Position numbers and translations under genes: made by a program
Assembly: GCA_002633005.1 (NCBI GenBank)
Contig: NMRA01000150.1
Coordinates: forward strand, 654,453 to 718,452
Source of the DNA: Phoronis australis
Lineage: Eukaryota > Animalia > Phoronida
Direction: 5' to 3'
DNA length: 64,000 nucleotides
The notes under the pieces: model-generated
The model's database searches: none
What the model was told of the DNA's origin: nothing
The model's input: the letters and a program-made list of their open reading frames with translations, nothing else
Shown: positions 38,824-50,601 of the stretch, piece by piece
How positions within the stretch are numbered: the stretch's first letter is position 1
How the letters are laid out: each line of letters opens with the position of its first letter

Positions 38824-39316
38824 NTCTTCAATCAACTGCTGTTCTTTCACGAGCTTGCGTACACGTCACAACAAATTATTGGAACTGGTTTCACTTCATT
38901 ATAATTTTTTAGAATTCCGATACCGAAAAACCGAATTTCAGAACAAATTTTGCTTCTCCGAAGTTGTCGCGAAAATTTAGGAAATGGCGCGTGCGGGTGA
39001 CACTAGCGTATTGTTTTCGAAACGATGACATACTTTTCATTGTTAGAAAAGGCGGAGAGTTACGCAAGAAAATAACATTTATTGCATTGTTTTTAACTTA
39101 AACGGCTGTAACGGGCAAGGTGAGCATCGGTTGATTCCCAGATTTTGTATGCACCCCGTCCGGTCTTTAGCTTTACATGATGATACAAGTTTCACGGCGA
39201 GGTGACGGGCAGAACTACCCTAGCTGTGTGCAATTTCGGTGTCTACGGAAGAAATACATGCAGTGGTACCTAGCTGTATTTTGACGGCAGTCTTCATCAT
39301 ACAGCTAGCTGGCTGG

Positions 39317-40271
39317 TAGGCAATGACCATCGCCTCTGTTGGCCCGAACCAGAGGCGATGCAGCTCCTATAGGTGCTCCATACGCCGGAAGCTTTTTCGG
39401 CGAATTATTTCTTGCACTGGCTAAAGCATGAAAGTCACGTTGTTATAAATACCTTTTGCATATAGAGGGACACCTTAGGAGGTTGGCGGTGTGTTTAATT
39501 CCTTCCAACTCGAACAAATACTTCCGTTATCTAACTTTTTGTTCGAGCAGTCACTCGTTCAGTTTCCAAAATCGTGAACTCGCCATTTTTATACTGCGCA
39601 CGCTCCAATTTTTACCGCGCTCGCAAGGTGATGTGACTTCATGACCTCAATCTTTAAATAGGCCAAAGGTGATCCATTGCGGTCTTGTCAGTCAAATGTT
39701 CGTTTCCAAAGTGCCACCACTTATACTTGTCTTTAATTGGCATTACTTGAAACTGATTGTATTTCAATGAATTATTGTTTGTATTTGATAAAAAAAAATG
39801 CTGTTGATATGACATTTAAGAGTCTTTGTGCACATATTTGACATTTTAATGTTTAACAACACGGCAAATGCACGGCTGGTTCCCGGCAGCACGTACGCGA
39901 AGGGCGGGAACTTCAGCTTTCAAAGTTTGCCGGTAGGACCGCAACTTCTGACCTTCGGCCTGGTTAAAAGAATCTCTTGGCGTGCGCCGAGTGAAAGTGT
40001 TGAGTTCACGATTTTAGGAACTGAAATAGGGACTGCTCGAAGAAAAAGTTTGATAACGGGGGTATTTGTTCGAGTTGAAAGAAATTAAACACATTGACAA
40101 CCTCCTAAGGTGTTCCTCTATGCGCAAAAGGTATTTATAAGAACATGACTTTGATGGTTTAGTCGGTGCGTGGCATAATTCGCCGAAAAGCTTCCGGCAT
40201 ATGGAGCGCCTATAGGAGCTGTATCGCCTCTGGTTCGGGCCAACAGAGGCGATGGTCATTCTCATTGCCTA
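39317..40271. mobile_element. Mutator-like (MULE) non-autonomous element with ~290-bp TIRs and 9-bp TSD
   Basis: 39317-~39603 is an imperfect reverse complement of ~39981-40271; TSD GCTGGCTGG at 39308-39316 and 40272-40280. Confidence 0.85.
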
Positions 40272-40353
40272 GCTGGCTGGCTACACTCCTACAGACACAG
40301 TGACAAGTGAATTGCGCATGACTAGTCATGTAGCTAATTCCGTAATTCCTTAC

Positions 40354-40365
40354 CAATACTCTCAT
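40354..40365 (-). CDS. SNX13: SNX13 exon 1 (MRVL)
   Basis: ATG AGA GTA TTG followed by gtaagg donor, phase 0; matches the 4-codon first exon I recall for vertebrate SNX13 (MLTE). Confidence 0.65.
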
Positions 40366-40616
40366 TTGATCAGTGATACTAATCAGTCACCGTGGGTTGT
40401 GCCTCTAACGCGACAATTCGTTTTGCATGTTGTATTCTCTCCACAAGACGACCTGAAGTGTTTACGTCTTCTGTCCAGATTGCGATTGAGTTTAACAGGA
40501 AGTCAATACAATAATCCGAAACGCCCCTCAAAACCATCTCTGCGAACACTAATAAAGAACCTAAACATGGCTTTTTGACTTAGAGGAATACTAGGTTCAA
40601 GAATAAGAGACCGGAG
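40366..40616. promoter_or_regulatory. Compact bidirectional promoter / 5' UTR region shared by SNX13 and MON1
   Basis: Lies between SNX13 ATG (40365, -) and a candidate MON1 5'UTR donor (ggag/gtaatt at 40616/40617); ETS-like CAGGAAGT at 40496-40503. Confidence 0.6.
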
Positions 40617-40722
40617 GTAATTTTCTATGGAATTTTTGGTTAGAATTAAATTGATGACAGTCTATTTAGTGGTGATTACTGATTACATTTACGTTAGCAT
40701 TGTTATTATATCGCCACAGATA

Positions 40723-40980
40723 ATGGCCGAGTTGTTGAAGTCGTCTAGCCCAGCGCCTGATGAATTTATTCAAGGCCACGAGCCCGGGGCGAAAGGGGGA
40801 GGGATTTTCATTGCAACTGATTCGTATGAGGAGCTTACCAAATCTTTAGATGGCGTCGTTTTGGATGAATCGCGGCAACGAAACGATAGTAAAATTATTC
40901 AACTTTCGAGGAACGGTTCTAGCCATTCCAGTTCGAAGCCGAAGGAAAACGAAGACGAGCACAAATCTCACCAAACGGAA
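40723..40980 (+). CDS. MON1: MON1 coding exon 1
   Basis: ccacag acceptor ends 40719; MAELLK...HEPGAKGGGIFIATDSYEEL; gtacgt donor, phase 0. Confidence 0.85.
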
Positions 40981-41004
40981 GTACGTGTGTTTGTGCAGTA
41001 GACA

Positions 41005-41410
41005 TGCATTGCACTCCTGAGTAGCTCTAGATCTACATTACACTTTCGTACAGCATTAGTGACTATATCTACGTTACAGTACTGACTCAACTGACTGCAC
41101 ACCACTTAATTTCTGTTACACTTCTGTCTGTCCAGCACTAAAAATCTACATTGCACTACTGTACTGCACTGGATCTATGTTAAACTGCTGTACAGCACCA
41201 GATGTAAGTTACACTGTACAGCACTAGATCTCCATTACACTTTTGTACGGCTCTAAATCCATGTTACAATATGGTACTGCACTAGATCTATGACTATATT
41301 ACACTATGTATGGTACTAGATCTAGATCTATGTTACACTCCTGTACAGCATTAGATCTATGCTAGTTACACTCCTGTACGACATTGCTTCTGCATTACGC
41401 TCTTTTACAA
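41005..41410. repeat. Degenerate ~30-bp minisatellite just after the MON1 exon-1 donor
   Basis: GTTACACTCCTGTACAGCACTAGATCTAT-like units. Confidence 0.75.
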
Positions 41411-41437
41411 CAGAATCAACGGCACTAGTCAAATATA

Positions 41438-41893
41438 ATGGTCCCTGATTTAAAGAACCAGTTTCACTCGTGGAAACACGGGCCCGTTATTCAGCGCCTC
41501 ATTCTTTTGCAGCCCAAACTGATCTCTGTGCCAAACTGAAGCTACCATAAGTTCCCAAATTGTTGCTAGTTATTAATAGCATTTTTAACTGTTGTCAGAA
41601 GTGAAATTGACAAATTAATGATTAATAATGTCTCGGGACACTTTCCCCATGTGATTAATCCGTATGACCTTGACCTTTATACGTGAACACTCATTGTCAT
41701 CAAATTCAATTCTGATGTGTGTTGAAAAATTCATAGACCATTAGCAGTAATTTGGGAACTTACAGTAGCTTCAGTTTGGCTCAGGCATCAGTGTGACTCG
41801 CCAACCTGTACCATATTGAAGTGCGCCAAATCAGTTTGACACAGGCATCATTTTGGGTTACAACAGTTCTACTAAGTCTAAATCAGGGACCAC
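41438..41893. mobile_element. MITE with imperfect long inverted ends
   Basis: TGGTCCCTGATTTA / TAAATCAGGGACCA termini plus internal inverted blocks (CCAAACTGAAGCTAC..TAAGTTCCCAAATT). Confidence 0.7.
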
Positions 41894-41983
41894 TATGCTG
41901 CTATGGTATATCTGGCTGGTATGTCTGGCTGGTATGTCTGGCAGGAATGTCTGGCAGGTATGTCTGGCTGGTATGTCAGGAGT

Positions 41984-43037
41984 TTTTTAAAGTGATATAT
42001 GTTTATTGAAGAATACACAGAACATACAAAGAAATAATGACAAACCCAGAAATCGCAAAGCATTACATCTGGGTTTTAGACAATTCATAAATGAAAGTAA
42101 TAAACATAGAGGTATATACATTTAAGTAGTATCTAATGTAAGTATTCCAATATTTAGATATGCTATTACGAACATATAAAAACAAAAACGTGTACAGATT
42201 CATGTATAGAAGTCAGAAGCAACAATATTTATAAGCGGTATATAAAAATTTGCTAACATTGCTTAGGAGGAATTCATTGAGAACAAGGTCAAAATTAGGA
42301 TTACCATTCAGTAATAATGTAACTTGAGTAGGGATATTACTACAAAAATTAAGAGCTTTTACAATTGATTGGTTTTCATTGAGTGCACGAAAGAGTGAGT
42401 CTCTCAGGAATTCGATGAGGGGACATTTGAAGAAAACATGAGGATAAGATTGGTCACCACATTTACAGTTTGGAGAGACATTACTAAAGTTATGCTGGAA
42501 GTTGTCAGAGTTGAGGAAAAGATCGTATCTTGATCTGTACAATGCTATTTCGTTATCGCGGGGAAGGGAGAATTGAGTCAAGGGTGTTGAGTTTAATGAA
42601 AAACACTTCTAAAGTCATTTTTTATACTCCTAAAAGAGTTGCTTTCCTTAACAGAGACTGGAAAAGAATTCCAATTGGTGATGCACATCATAACTGTAGA
42701 CCTTCTGAATGCCTGAATGAACGACGGAGGAATTGCATTTGGGGTGGGGGATCTCAAACCACTACGATGACCTTGTCTAGTGTATAAATCAAATATTTTG
42801 TTGACAGAGGCGTTGTTGACATTGTTTATTACTTTGAAAGTAAATGTGGTCATGTGAAGATTGTGTCGAGTAGACAGTTTGGGCCACTTGATACTATTCA
42901 AAACCCCAACACTATTGGATCCCCTGTAAGCTCCAGTTATGAGTAAGGCAGCTAGATACTGTAATTTCTCCAAATGCTGGAGTGCACCAGTATTTGCAGA
43001 CTGATATATAACATCACACCAATCAATGAGTGGAAGT
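41984..43037 (-). mobile_element. 5'-truncated CR1/L2-group LINE (ORF2 C-terminus and 3'UTR)
   Basis: PLIDWCDVIY...LEKLQYLAALLITGA...LNSIKWPKLSTR, then C-terminal CKCG..HVFFKCP; minus-strand AATAAA and short A tail; inserted in a 13-bp repeat. Confidence 0.85.
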
Positions 43038-43137
43038 ATGTCTGGATGGTATGTCAGGTGGGTATGTCTGGATGGTATGTCTGGATGGTATGTCAGGCGG
43101 GTATGTCTGGATGGTATGTCTGGATGGTATGTCTGGC
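43036..43137. repeat. 13-bp repeat split by the LINE (other half at 41905-41978)
   Basis: GGTATGTCTGGAT / GGTATGTCTGGCT units on both sides of the LINE. Confidence 0.88.
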
Positions 43138-44012
43138 CAGCGGCCAATCAACAGCTACCAGTTTCAGAATCTGGTTTTGAAACAAAAGCAACCAGCGTTC
43201 TTTCTGAGCAAAACTTCAAACATGGTGCGAATTCCATGTCCTGATGATTTTGGTGTTAAGTATGTTGACTTTCAGCTTGCTGATTCCCTGCGTATCTGCT
43301 AGGGGGTAGAGAACACAGTTATCATTCAGTAGCGTGCGTTTTGTCACTGGTTGATGTAATTTTGCCAGTCATTGGTTAGCTTTACAACAAAGAAAGAAAG
43401 TGGTGATCTGTGAACAGTGTTTAGCCTTGTCATGCAAGGGGCGTGACAGCAAATACATGTTTCTGCAGTAGTGTTTAATAGTTGTGTGGTTGAGGCACAT
43501 ACAATGCGCACACATCTGGACGATTTAACTGGTGTGTTAATCATACTGTGTGAATACAGGATAGCAACGTAAACAAAATTCTGCGACAGTAAAAAATGCA
43601 CCCCAAAAAGGCACAACCACAACTTTATGATTCACATTTTCTTGAACGTGAATTAAGCGGCGGTTTGTCCGTACAGCAGACCATAAACTACATCCACATT
43701 TACAGTCATTCCAGTTTCTTTACGTAAAGCACTACTTTTTCATAATTCGACCTGAAACGCCAGTCTAAAAAATTCCTGAGGAAAAGTAAATGATACCTAT
43801 ATCCTCTAGCGTACATGCAGAGAAACAGCGAGGGGTTTCAGCACCGTTAAATAGAGCGTCACGTATTGACCGTTTTTTCTCTGCTCAATCCACTATTCTT
43901 CTACAAGGTTGCATGCGTACATGTCACAATAATTTATTAGAATTTGTGTGAATTTCACCACTTTTGGTATTGATATAGGAGGCCCAAGTGTAGTACTCCT
44001 GTTTGTTTTGAA

Positions 44013-44200
44013 AATGTGACCTGCTTAGTACATTACTTGCGCATTAGACTAAATGTGACCTGTTCACTTTACTTGAACATGAGACTAAATGTGACCTGTT
44101 TACTTTAGTTGAACATGAGACTAAATGTGACCTGTTTACTTTACTTGAACATGAGACTAAATGTGACCTGTTTACTTTAGTTGAACATTAGACTAAATGT
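44013..44200. repeat. 36-bp minisatellite
   Basis: AAATGTGACCTGTTTACTTTAGTTGAACATGAGACT, about 5 copies. Confidence 0.9.
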
Positions 44201-44518
44201 GTTTGTGCATTACTTATCATTTAGAAATTGCCTAACTGACAAAATTACTGCTCTCTTGTTTTGACAGTCAAATATGACATCTTCTTTGCTCAGGCACAGT
44301 TTTGTGTTCTTGATCTTCAGTTGCACCCTGCTGAGTATAAAACAATTTTCATTATTTGTGATTATGCATGTTTACTGTTTGAGAATTTCAAAAGAAACTG
44401 CATTTCATGAAAAAGTATAAAGATTAAGAAATATTTAAACAAGAGTGCTGCATTCTGGTATGCATAGTTGAATAATGCTTTTGCCACTCAATTTTCTAAT
44501 TAAAATATCTGTACATAG

Positions 44519-44730
44519 CTTGAAGGTAGCCAAGAATCTGGTGACTCTAAGTCTAGTCAACAGTCTGACTATGAGAACAATGAGAACAATGAGGGCAACA
44601 CAAGTGAAAGTGAGCCGAAGACAAGGTCAGTCTCTGAAGGGGATGATATGGACGTAGATAGCGCCACCTGGAGGTTGCAAAAGAAACATGTGTTCATTCT
44701 CAGTGAAGCTGGTAAACCCATTTACTCTAG
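44519..44730 (+). CDS. MON1: MON1 coding exon 2
   Basis: Acidic linker then WRLQKKHVFILSEAGKPIYSR (first longin domain motif). Confidence 0.93.
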
Positions 44731-45089
44731 GTTAGTATTATTTTGCGTTCACAAAATGCTGTCAGGGGGACTGGAAATCATAATTTTGCTTGTTCAAAGC
44801 ATAGAACTTTGTCCCTGGAATGCCAAATTTGATCTCATTCTGGTGAGGTTGTGCTGCACAGTGCACCAATTCTGAAGTAATGGGGAGCATTAGTAAAATA
44901 TAAAGGAAATGAATGAGAGATGATAATGACTAATTAAACCAAATGAAAATAATTTTAATGATACAAAAGATTTTTACCTTATGAAAACAAAGATGTTAGA
45001 ATATGGATTCTCACAGTTGCTGTGAAGGTATTATGTTTTAATTGGACCTTGGAAGGCAATTGAAACAATTAAATTGCGTACCAAGTAAA

Positions 45090-45345
45090 AATTCAGAATG
45101 CAGTGACATTTACAAAAATGTAATAAAATAATTGCTCCAACTACCTATCTAAAATTTGCAGGTGAAGGTTTTCTGATAGATATAAGATGTATTGCTGATA
45201 GTTCATTACATTGGTTGCAGTGTAGGACTTTCCATAGAAATTAAGAAATAAACTCATTTCTTCACAAAGTGGAAATTAGTGATCCTGGTATATGTAGAGT
45301 ATATCGTAAACAAGAGACATTGGAACATAATTTTATTTACAATAG
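45090..45345 (+). mobile_element. Degenerate L1/Tx1-type LINE zf-RVT remnant
   Basis: WLQCRTFHR..NSFLHKVEISDPGIC...ETLEHNF resembles WFQYRILHR..N.FLHKI..C..ETIEHLF. Confidence 0.55.
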
Positions 45346-45435
45346 AAAGTGAACTCTGGAAAATAACAATAGTCAAAAATAAAGAGACTATGTCATTTCG
45401 AACAGCTGTTGCACTGTTGTCACGGTCACAACCGT

Positions 45436-45605
45436 ATTGAAAAGCGGTACATCCGGATAACTGGATTGAAAAGCGGTACATTCGGATAACTGGATTGAAA
45501 AGCGGTACATTCGGATAACTGGATTGAAAAGCGGTACATCCGGATAACTGGATTGAAAAGCGGTACATTCGGATAACTGGATTGAAAAGCAGTACATCCG
45601 GATAA
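45436..45605. repeat. ~29-bp minisatellite
   Basis: ATTGAAAAGCGGTACATYCGGATAACTGG, about 6 copies. Confidence 0.93.
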
Positions 45606-46106
45606 AAAGTGGGACATCTGGGTCTGTGCCAGAACACTAGAAACACTAGAGTGAATTCTTTGTCGCAACGTACAAAAACAGTCCGAAAGGGATTTTTGGA
45701 TAAGAAGATGTTGCACCAAATGGTGTTTTTATTTTTCTTAGTCAAGTGGGAATTTGCGGGTGCTGCTAAAACCATTGAAACGTAATGCTTTAGTTAAAAA
45801 GGAAAGTGGGTCTATGTCACATGGGAAATAGCAATAGTATAATTATGTGCAAAAAGTAGGACAGTTTGATGGTGTGGTGGGCTCGCATGAAAACTAGCAG
45901 CACAAAGTACAGGTCTGAATTGGATTCTTTTAAAAGGAGCATTTTTCAGTTTTTAAAGTTTTATTTCACGAGCATAGGTAAATTATACACATTACCTCGC
46001 TGCTCAAAAATTGAATTAACAAAAAAGTATCTGGGGAAAAAGGTAAACATTGCACAAATGAATTGTTTTTTAAAACCGTGAAATTAATATTAGTACCGGT
46101 ATATGC

Positions 46107-46173
46107 ATACACGCACACACACGCACACACACACACACATACACACACACACATGCATACATACATACATACA
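46107..46173. repeat. (CA)n/(CATA)n microsatellite
   Basis: Seen directly. Confidence 0.95.
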
Positions 46174-47387
46174 CGTACATGTAGGTATGCAAATGTGTGT
46201 GATTTTTCGAATATTATGTAAATACACCTCTCAGTAGGGCCTACGCATTTCATTTATATTATAATTGCAGAACAAAAACTCAGAAACCAAATGTCACTTC
46301 TTTCCACAAAATACTGTAACAGGATTTTAACACCCAAAATGTCATGTTTTGAGAAACTCTCAGTATGTAGTTTGATAGATTGCCAAAAGTGATTCTAAGA
46401 CTGATTTTCTCGGAGATTTTACTACATAACTGCAGCGCCTCCTAATGACCCGTAAAAACATCGTTTGTGATGCAGTGTTGGGGCACGTCAATGCCCCCAG
46501 TGTTGCTCTTATTATTGTGGATGTTGTTGTGTTTCATCTTGTGTCGGTTTTTCTTCTGAAATGCTGTTTGAGCAAAAAATCTCATTAACTGTTTCATAAT
46601 TTGGAAGTCCAGTAACACACTTTAGAAACAAACTTAATAAAGTTGAAAGTGGCAAATCTAGAATGAGTACAGTAAAAAAAATCAATTGGGGAGAACAATA
46701 ATTGCTGAAATTTCCTTTTTTCAATTTTTACATGCTCATCATGTTTGTGCAAATCTTCAAAAATTTTCCAAATGTTTAGTTTTACCAGCTGTACTATGCA
46801 AACCATACTATCAGCAAATTTATTTTTTCTGAAATTTTTTATTGAGAAATTTGACATATTGAAATTTCACCTCTCTGTCGTAATACGTCCCCAACTGAAA
46901 ATTATTACAGGTTTTGAATACTCGGTACTACATTGCTTATACAGTTACCGACCTTGACCTTCAGTCTTGAGTCACAGAAATGTGATAAAGACTGTGGTGG
47001 AAATGGAATAATGACAAAGGAAGAACAAATCATTAATGTTTTTAGGTTCTGAAAAACAACATGTTGACCTTGTGTGAAGTTGCAGGTATTTAATTGTGAA
47101 AACAACATGTTGACCTTGTGTAGAGTTGCAGGTATTTAATTGTGATAACATCCAGTAGATAAGCCTTGGTAGGAACTTATGTTGATTGTCTGTCAGTTTA
47201 CCAGTCAGCAACTAGATTAAACAAAAGGGTTTTGAACAGATTTTGATTAGACTTACAAAGTAGGACATTAATACAGAAGATTGGTAACGCCACCTGTTGA
47301 GCCTGTTCAGAAGCAATAACTATTCTGTTTGTCATGCAGTAATGATGTATTTATTATATAATAATCACTTTACTATTCATTTTGCAG

Positions 47388-47826
47388 GTATGGCAAAGAA
47401 GACAAACTGGTCACCATTATGGGGGTTATGCAAGCTATTGTGTCCTTTGTACAGTGCAGTCATGACAACATAAAGTGTGTTATAGCTGGAAATCACCAGT
47501 ATGTGTTTCTGGTGCGTGAACACTTGATTCTAGTGTGTGCAGCCAGGACTTATGAATCAACGCAGCAGATACTACTCCAGCTCAGTTATCTCTACAATCA
47601 AATTGTGTCTGTGCTGACTCTTTCACAGATGAGCAGAATATTTAAACAGAGACGCAACTATGATTTACGCAGACTATTGACGGGCTCAGAAAAGTTTATG
47701 GATAACTTGTTAAACTTGATGGATTCTGAACCTAGTTTCTTACTCAGTTCTGTACGCTGCCTTCCTCTAGCCAGTGCCGTGAGGGATCTGATCGCTCAAA
47801 CCGTTGTTCAGTGTTGTAAAGTCAAG
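47388..47826 (+). CDS. MON1: MON1 coding exon 3
   Basis: YGKEDKLVTIMGVMQAIVSFV...RIFKQRRNYDLRRLL; AG/GT. Confidence 0.97.
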
Positions 47827-47869
47827 GTATGTCCCTTTTATGGTTTTGATTACTTTAGTGTTATGTTTT

Positions 47870-48550
47870 TTGCAGGAAGCGCTTTTATGTGCCCACATGG
47901 GAGTGCATAGTGCTGATATCTCTGGGCATGCAGCACCCACTGTTATTATGGAGGAAAATGTGGCAAGCGTGGGAAAGTGACCATTATTTTTGGACAGATC
48001 TGACTACCGTTACTCCCCCTAGTGGCAATTTTAGTTTTTACATTTGCATTTTCAGAGTTCCTTGGCGTTTTTTCTGAAATAAGTTTTTGTTATGGAGACG
48101 ACAGCACTGTTCCATTTTGTGACGGATGCGACATATTCTGTGCCACCTATTGGCCATGTTTATTATTTTTATAGTCTGCGTGTTTTTCCGCATAACTGCT
48201 CAGGATATGAAAATGGCAGATATGTTCCTACTTACAATAGCATGACTGACATTAGCATTCAGACAGGTCCAACTAGTGTGCTGTATCCCCTAGTCTCATT
48301 TCTACATCTGCAGCTCTACCCCAAAACCCTGTGTGTTGCAGGATCTTAAGGAAACTTGACAAATGAATAGAGGAATATTACTACCACTTTGCTTCCTAAT
48401 GACAGTTTATTTTTTCTCATTTGTGTCCGTCTGTGTATTTGGAGTTCGGATTTTCATAAAATGTGGCGAATAAATTTCTATTACGGAAATGATGCTTTCT
48501 AGTTTTTGGTAGAGACCAACGTATTCTGTATCAGCTACTGGCGATTTTTA
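47870..48550 (+). mobile_element. HINE-like family copy
   Basis: Starts TTTTATGTGCCCACA..GTGCATA; contains CCCCTAGTGG and TTTCATAAAAT motifs. Confidence 0.55.
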
Positions 48551-48764
48551 AGATACTAATGAACACCCCTTGAACATACTGTGTGTGTTGCCTTTGTGCA
48601 TGTTGCTATTATTATTTTTATTCTTAGTGTGAAGAACGCTAACTAGTTGGTCAGTCTAACTATTAATATATTGTAAGTTATCTAAACCTCATCACTATTA
48701 TTATTGCAGGTTATCGAAAGATAATCACTTCTTTGTATGCATTTTCTTACCCTGTAGGTATTGT

Positions 48765-49695
48765 ATTCTAAAGGTGTCTTGCCCTGGAGGTGTCACACCC
48801 AAAGGGTGTCTTGCCTGGGAGGTGTCACACCTTAAGGGTGTCTTGCCTGGAAGTGTCACACCTTAAGGGAGTCTTGCCCTGGAGGTGTTACACCCTAAAG
48901 GTGTCTTGCCTTGGAGGTGTCAGACCCTAAGGGTGTCTTGCCTGGAGGTGCCACACCGTAAGAGTGTCTTGCCTGGGAGGTGCCACACCCAAAGGGTGTC
49001 TTGCCTGGAAGTGTCACACCTTAAGGGTGTCTTGCGCTGGAGGTGTTACACCCTAAAGGTGTCTTGCCTTGGAGGTATCAGACCCTAAGGGTGTCTTGCC
49101 TGGAGGTGCCACACCGTAAGAGTGTCTTGCCTGGGAGGTGCCACACCCTAAAGGTGTCTTGCCTGGAGGCATCACACCCTAAGGGTGTCTTACCCTGGAG
49201 GTGTCACACCTTAAGGGTGTCTTGCCCTGGAGGTGTCACACCTTGGAGATGCCTTTCCCTGGAGGTGTCTTGTTCTGGAGTTGTCTTTGCCTGGAGATGT
49301 CTTACCCGAAAGGTGTCTTGCCCTGGGGATGTCACACCCTGGAGATGTCTTGCCTTGGAGGTGTCTTGCCCTAGGAGACTTCTTGCCTTGGGTGTGTCTT
49401 GCTGTGGAGTCATCTAGTCCTGGAGGTGCCTCACTCTGTAGATGTCTTTTCCTGGAGTCATGTTGGCCTGCAGATGTTTTTCCCTGGAGGTGTGTTGCCC
49501 TGGAGAAGTCTTTGACTGGAGGTGTCTTACCCTGGAGATGTCTTGTTCTGGAGGTGTCTTGCCCTGGAGACTTCTTGCCTTGGATATGTCTTGTCGTGGA
49601 GGTATCTAGCCCTGGAGGTGTCTCACTCTGGAGATGTCTTTTCCTGGAGGTGTGTTGTCCTGGAGATATATTGCCCTGGAGGTGTCTTGCCAGGT
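48765..49695. repeat. ~16/33-bp compound minisatellite
   Basis: GGTGTCTTGCCCTGGA and GGTGTCACACCCTAAG sub-units. Confidence 0.93.
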
Positions 49696-50227
49696 CAACA
49701 CCTTATCTGCAGAGGTTTATTTCCAACTGGCGCAACCACTCCCTTTTCTAACTCCAGACACTAGATACCATCCCTTCTATAGCATAACTTACTCTTGACT
49801 GTCCACCCTTTTCCTCTCACCCTTCAGTGCACAGTAGTTCTAAATGTAATTATAGTACTTTGCCTAAAGCAAGGTCAAAACATCTATTGCTCGACACACT
49901 GGTGCCAGGATACTGTGTTCTGCAGATGTATAGCGTTGCATAAAATTTTCAGCACCATTTATGTTCACAACAAATGTACTATGGGTAGCATCAGCTTAGT
50001 ATGCAGACACCATACCAGCACCTCATATCAAGGTGAAATTTATTCTGTGAATAAGTTGATGCTGATTCACTTTATATTGAGCTTAACTGGCTGATCAGGT
50101 AACAGATTTTTTAATCCTTCTTAGCTAAACTGGTCGAGTGCGACACTAATTTTGAATTATTTCTTCTCTAGCAGAGCTCCTCTTGTTTTTTTAAGGCAAG
50201 TTTTGAATGTTATCTCCCCTGCTTCAG

Positions 50228-50403
50228 GACTTGGTATTTGCAATCCTTGTGGCTCACAACCAGCTTATCACACTTGTACGGATGAAGAAATACTTCTTAC
50301 ATCAAACAGACCTACACCTTATATTCAACTTGGTTGATGCGTCAGAATCTTTCAAGGCGGCAGAATCCTGGACTCCAATATGTCTGCCAAAGTTTGACAA
50401 CAG
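50228..50403 (+). CDS. MON1: MON1 coding exon 4
   Basis: [18 protein letters not shown]...[12 protein letters not shown]; AG/GT. Confidence 0.97.
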
Positions 50404-50601
50404 GTGAGCATATTGATAACAGATGAGCATATTGATAACAGGTGAGCTTATTGATAACAGATGAGCATATTGATAACAGGTGAGCATATTGATAACAGGT
50501 GAACATATTGATAACAGGTGAACATATTGATAACGGGTGAGCATATTGATAACGGGTGAGCATATTGATAACAGGTGAGCATATTGACAACAGGTAAGCA
50601 T
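50398..50601. repeat. 19-bp x~10.5 array containing the MON1 exon-4 donor
   Basis: ACAG/GTGAGCATATTGATA units. Confidence 0.97.

Larger units (their letters stand above)
452..40365 (-). pseudogene. SNX13: Sorting nexin 13 (RGS-PX1) homolog, 23 coding exons; disrupted as assembled (probable pseudogene or null haplotype)
   Basis: Hand-spliced exons give colinear SNX13 motifs (KIDKRLTG, VDWVPYFTTRLVDDF, SDPDYINQYIVW, FRRYSDFHDLH, NIPLRIMLLLMDE-like, RRLIYVFLEGILETLFP). Lesions at about 33260-33285, 9090-9095, 8732/8733, 5112 and 3871-3874. Confidence 0.85.

Noticed and set aside
40627-40722. Upstream in-frame ATG extending MON1
   Set aside because: It lies within an apparent GT-AG 5'UTR intron (40617-40719).
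48885-49764. Long ORFs (124-172 aa) in the ORF track
   Set aside because: They are translations of the minisatellite, like those at 4845-5201, 20982-21555, 45254-45775 and 50302-50644.
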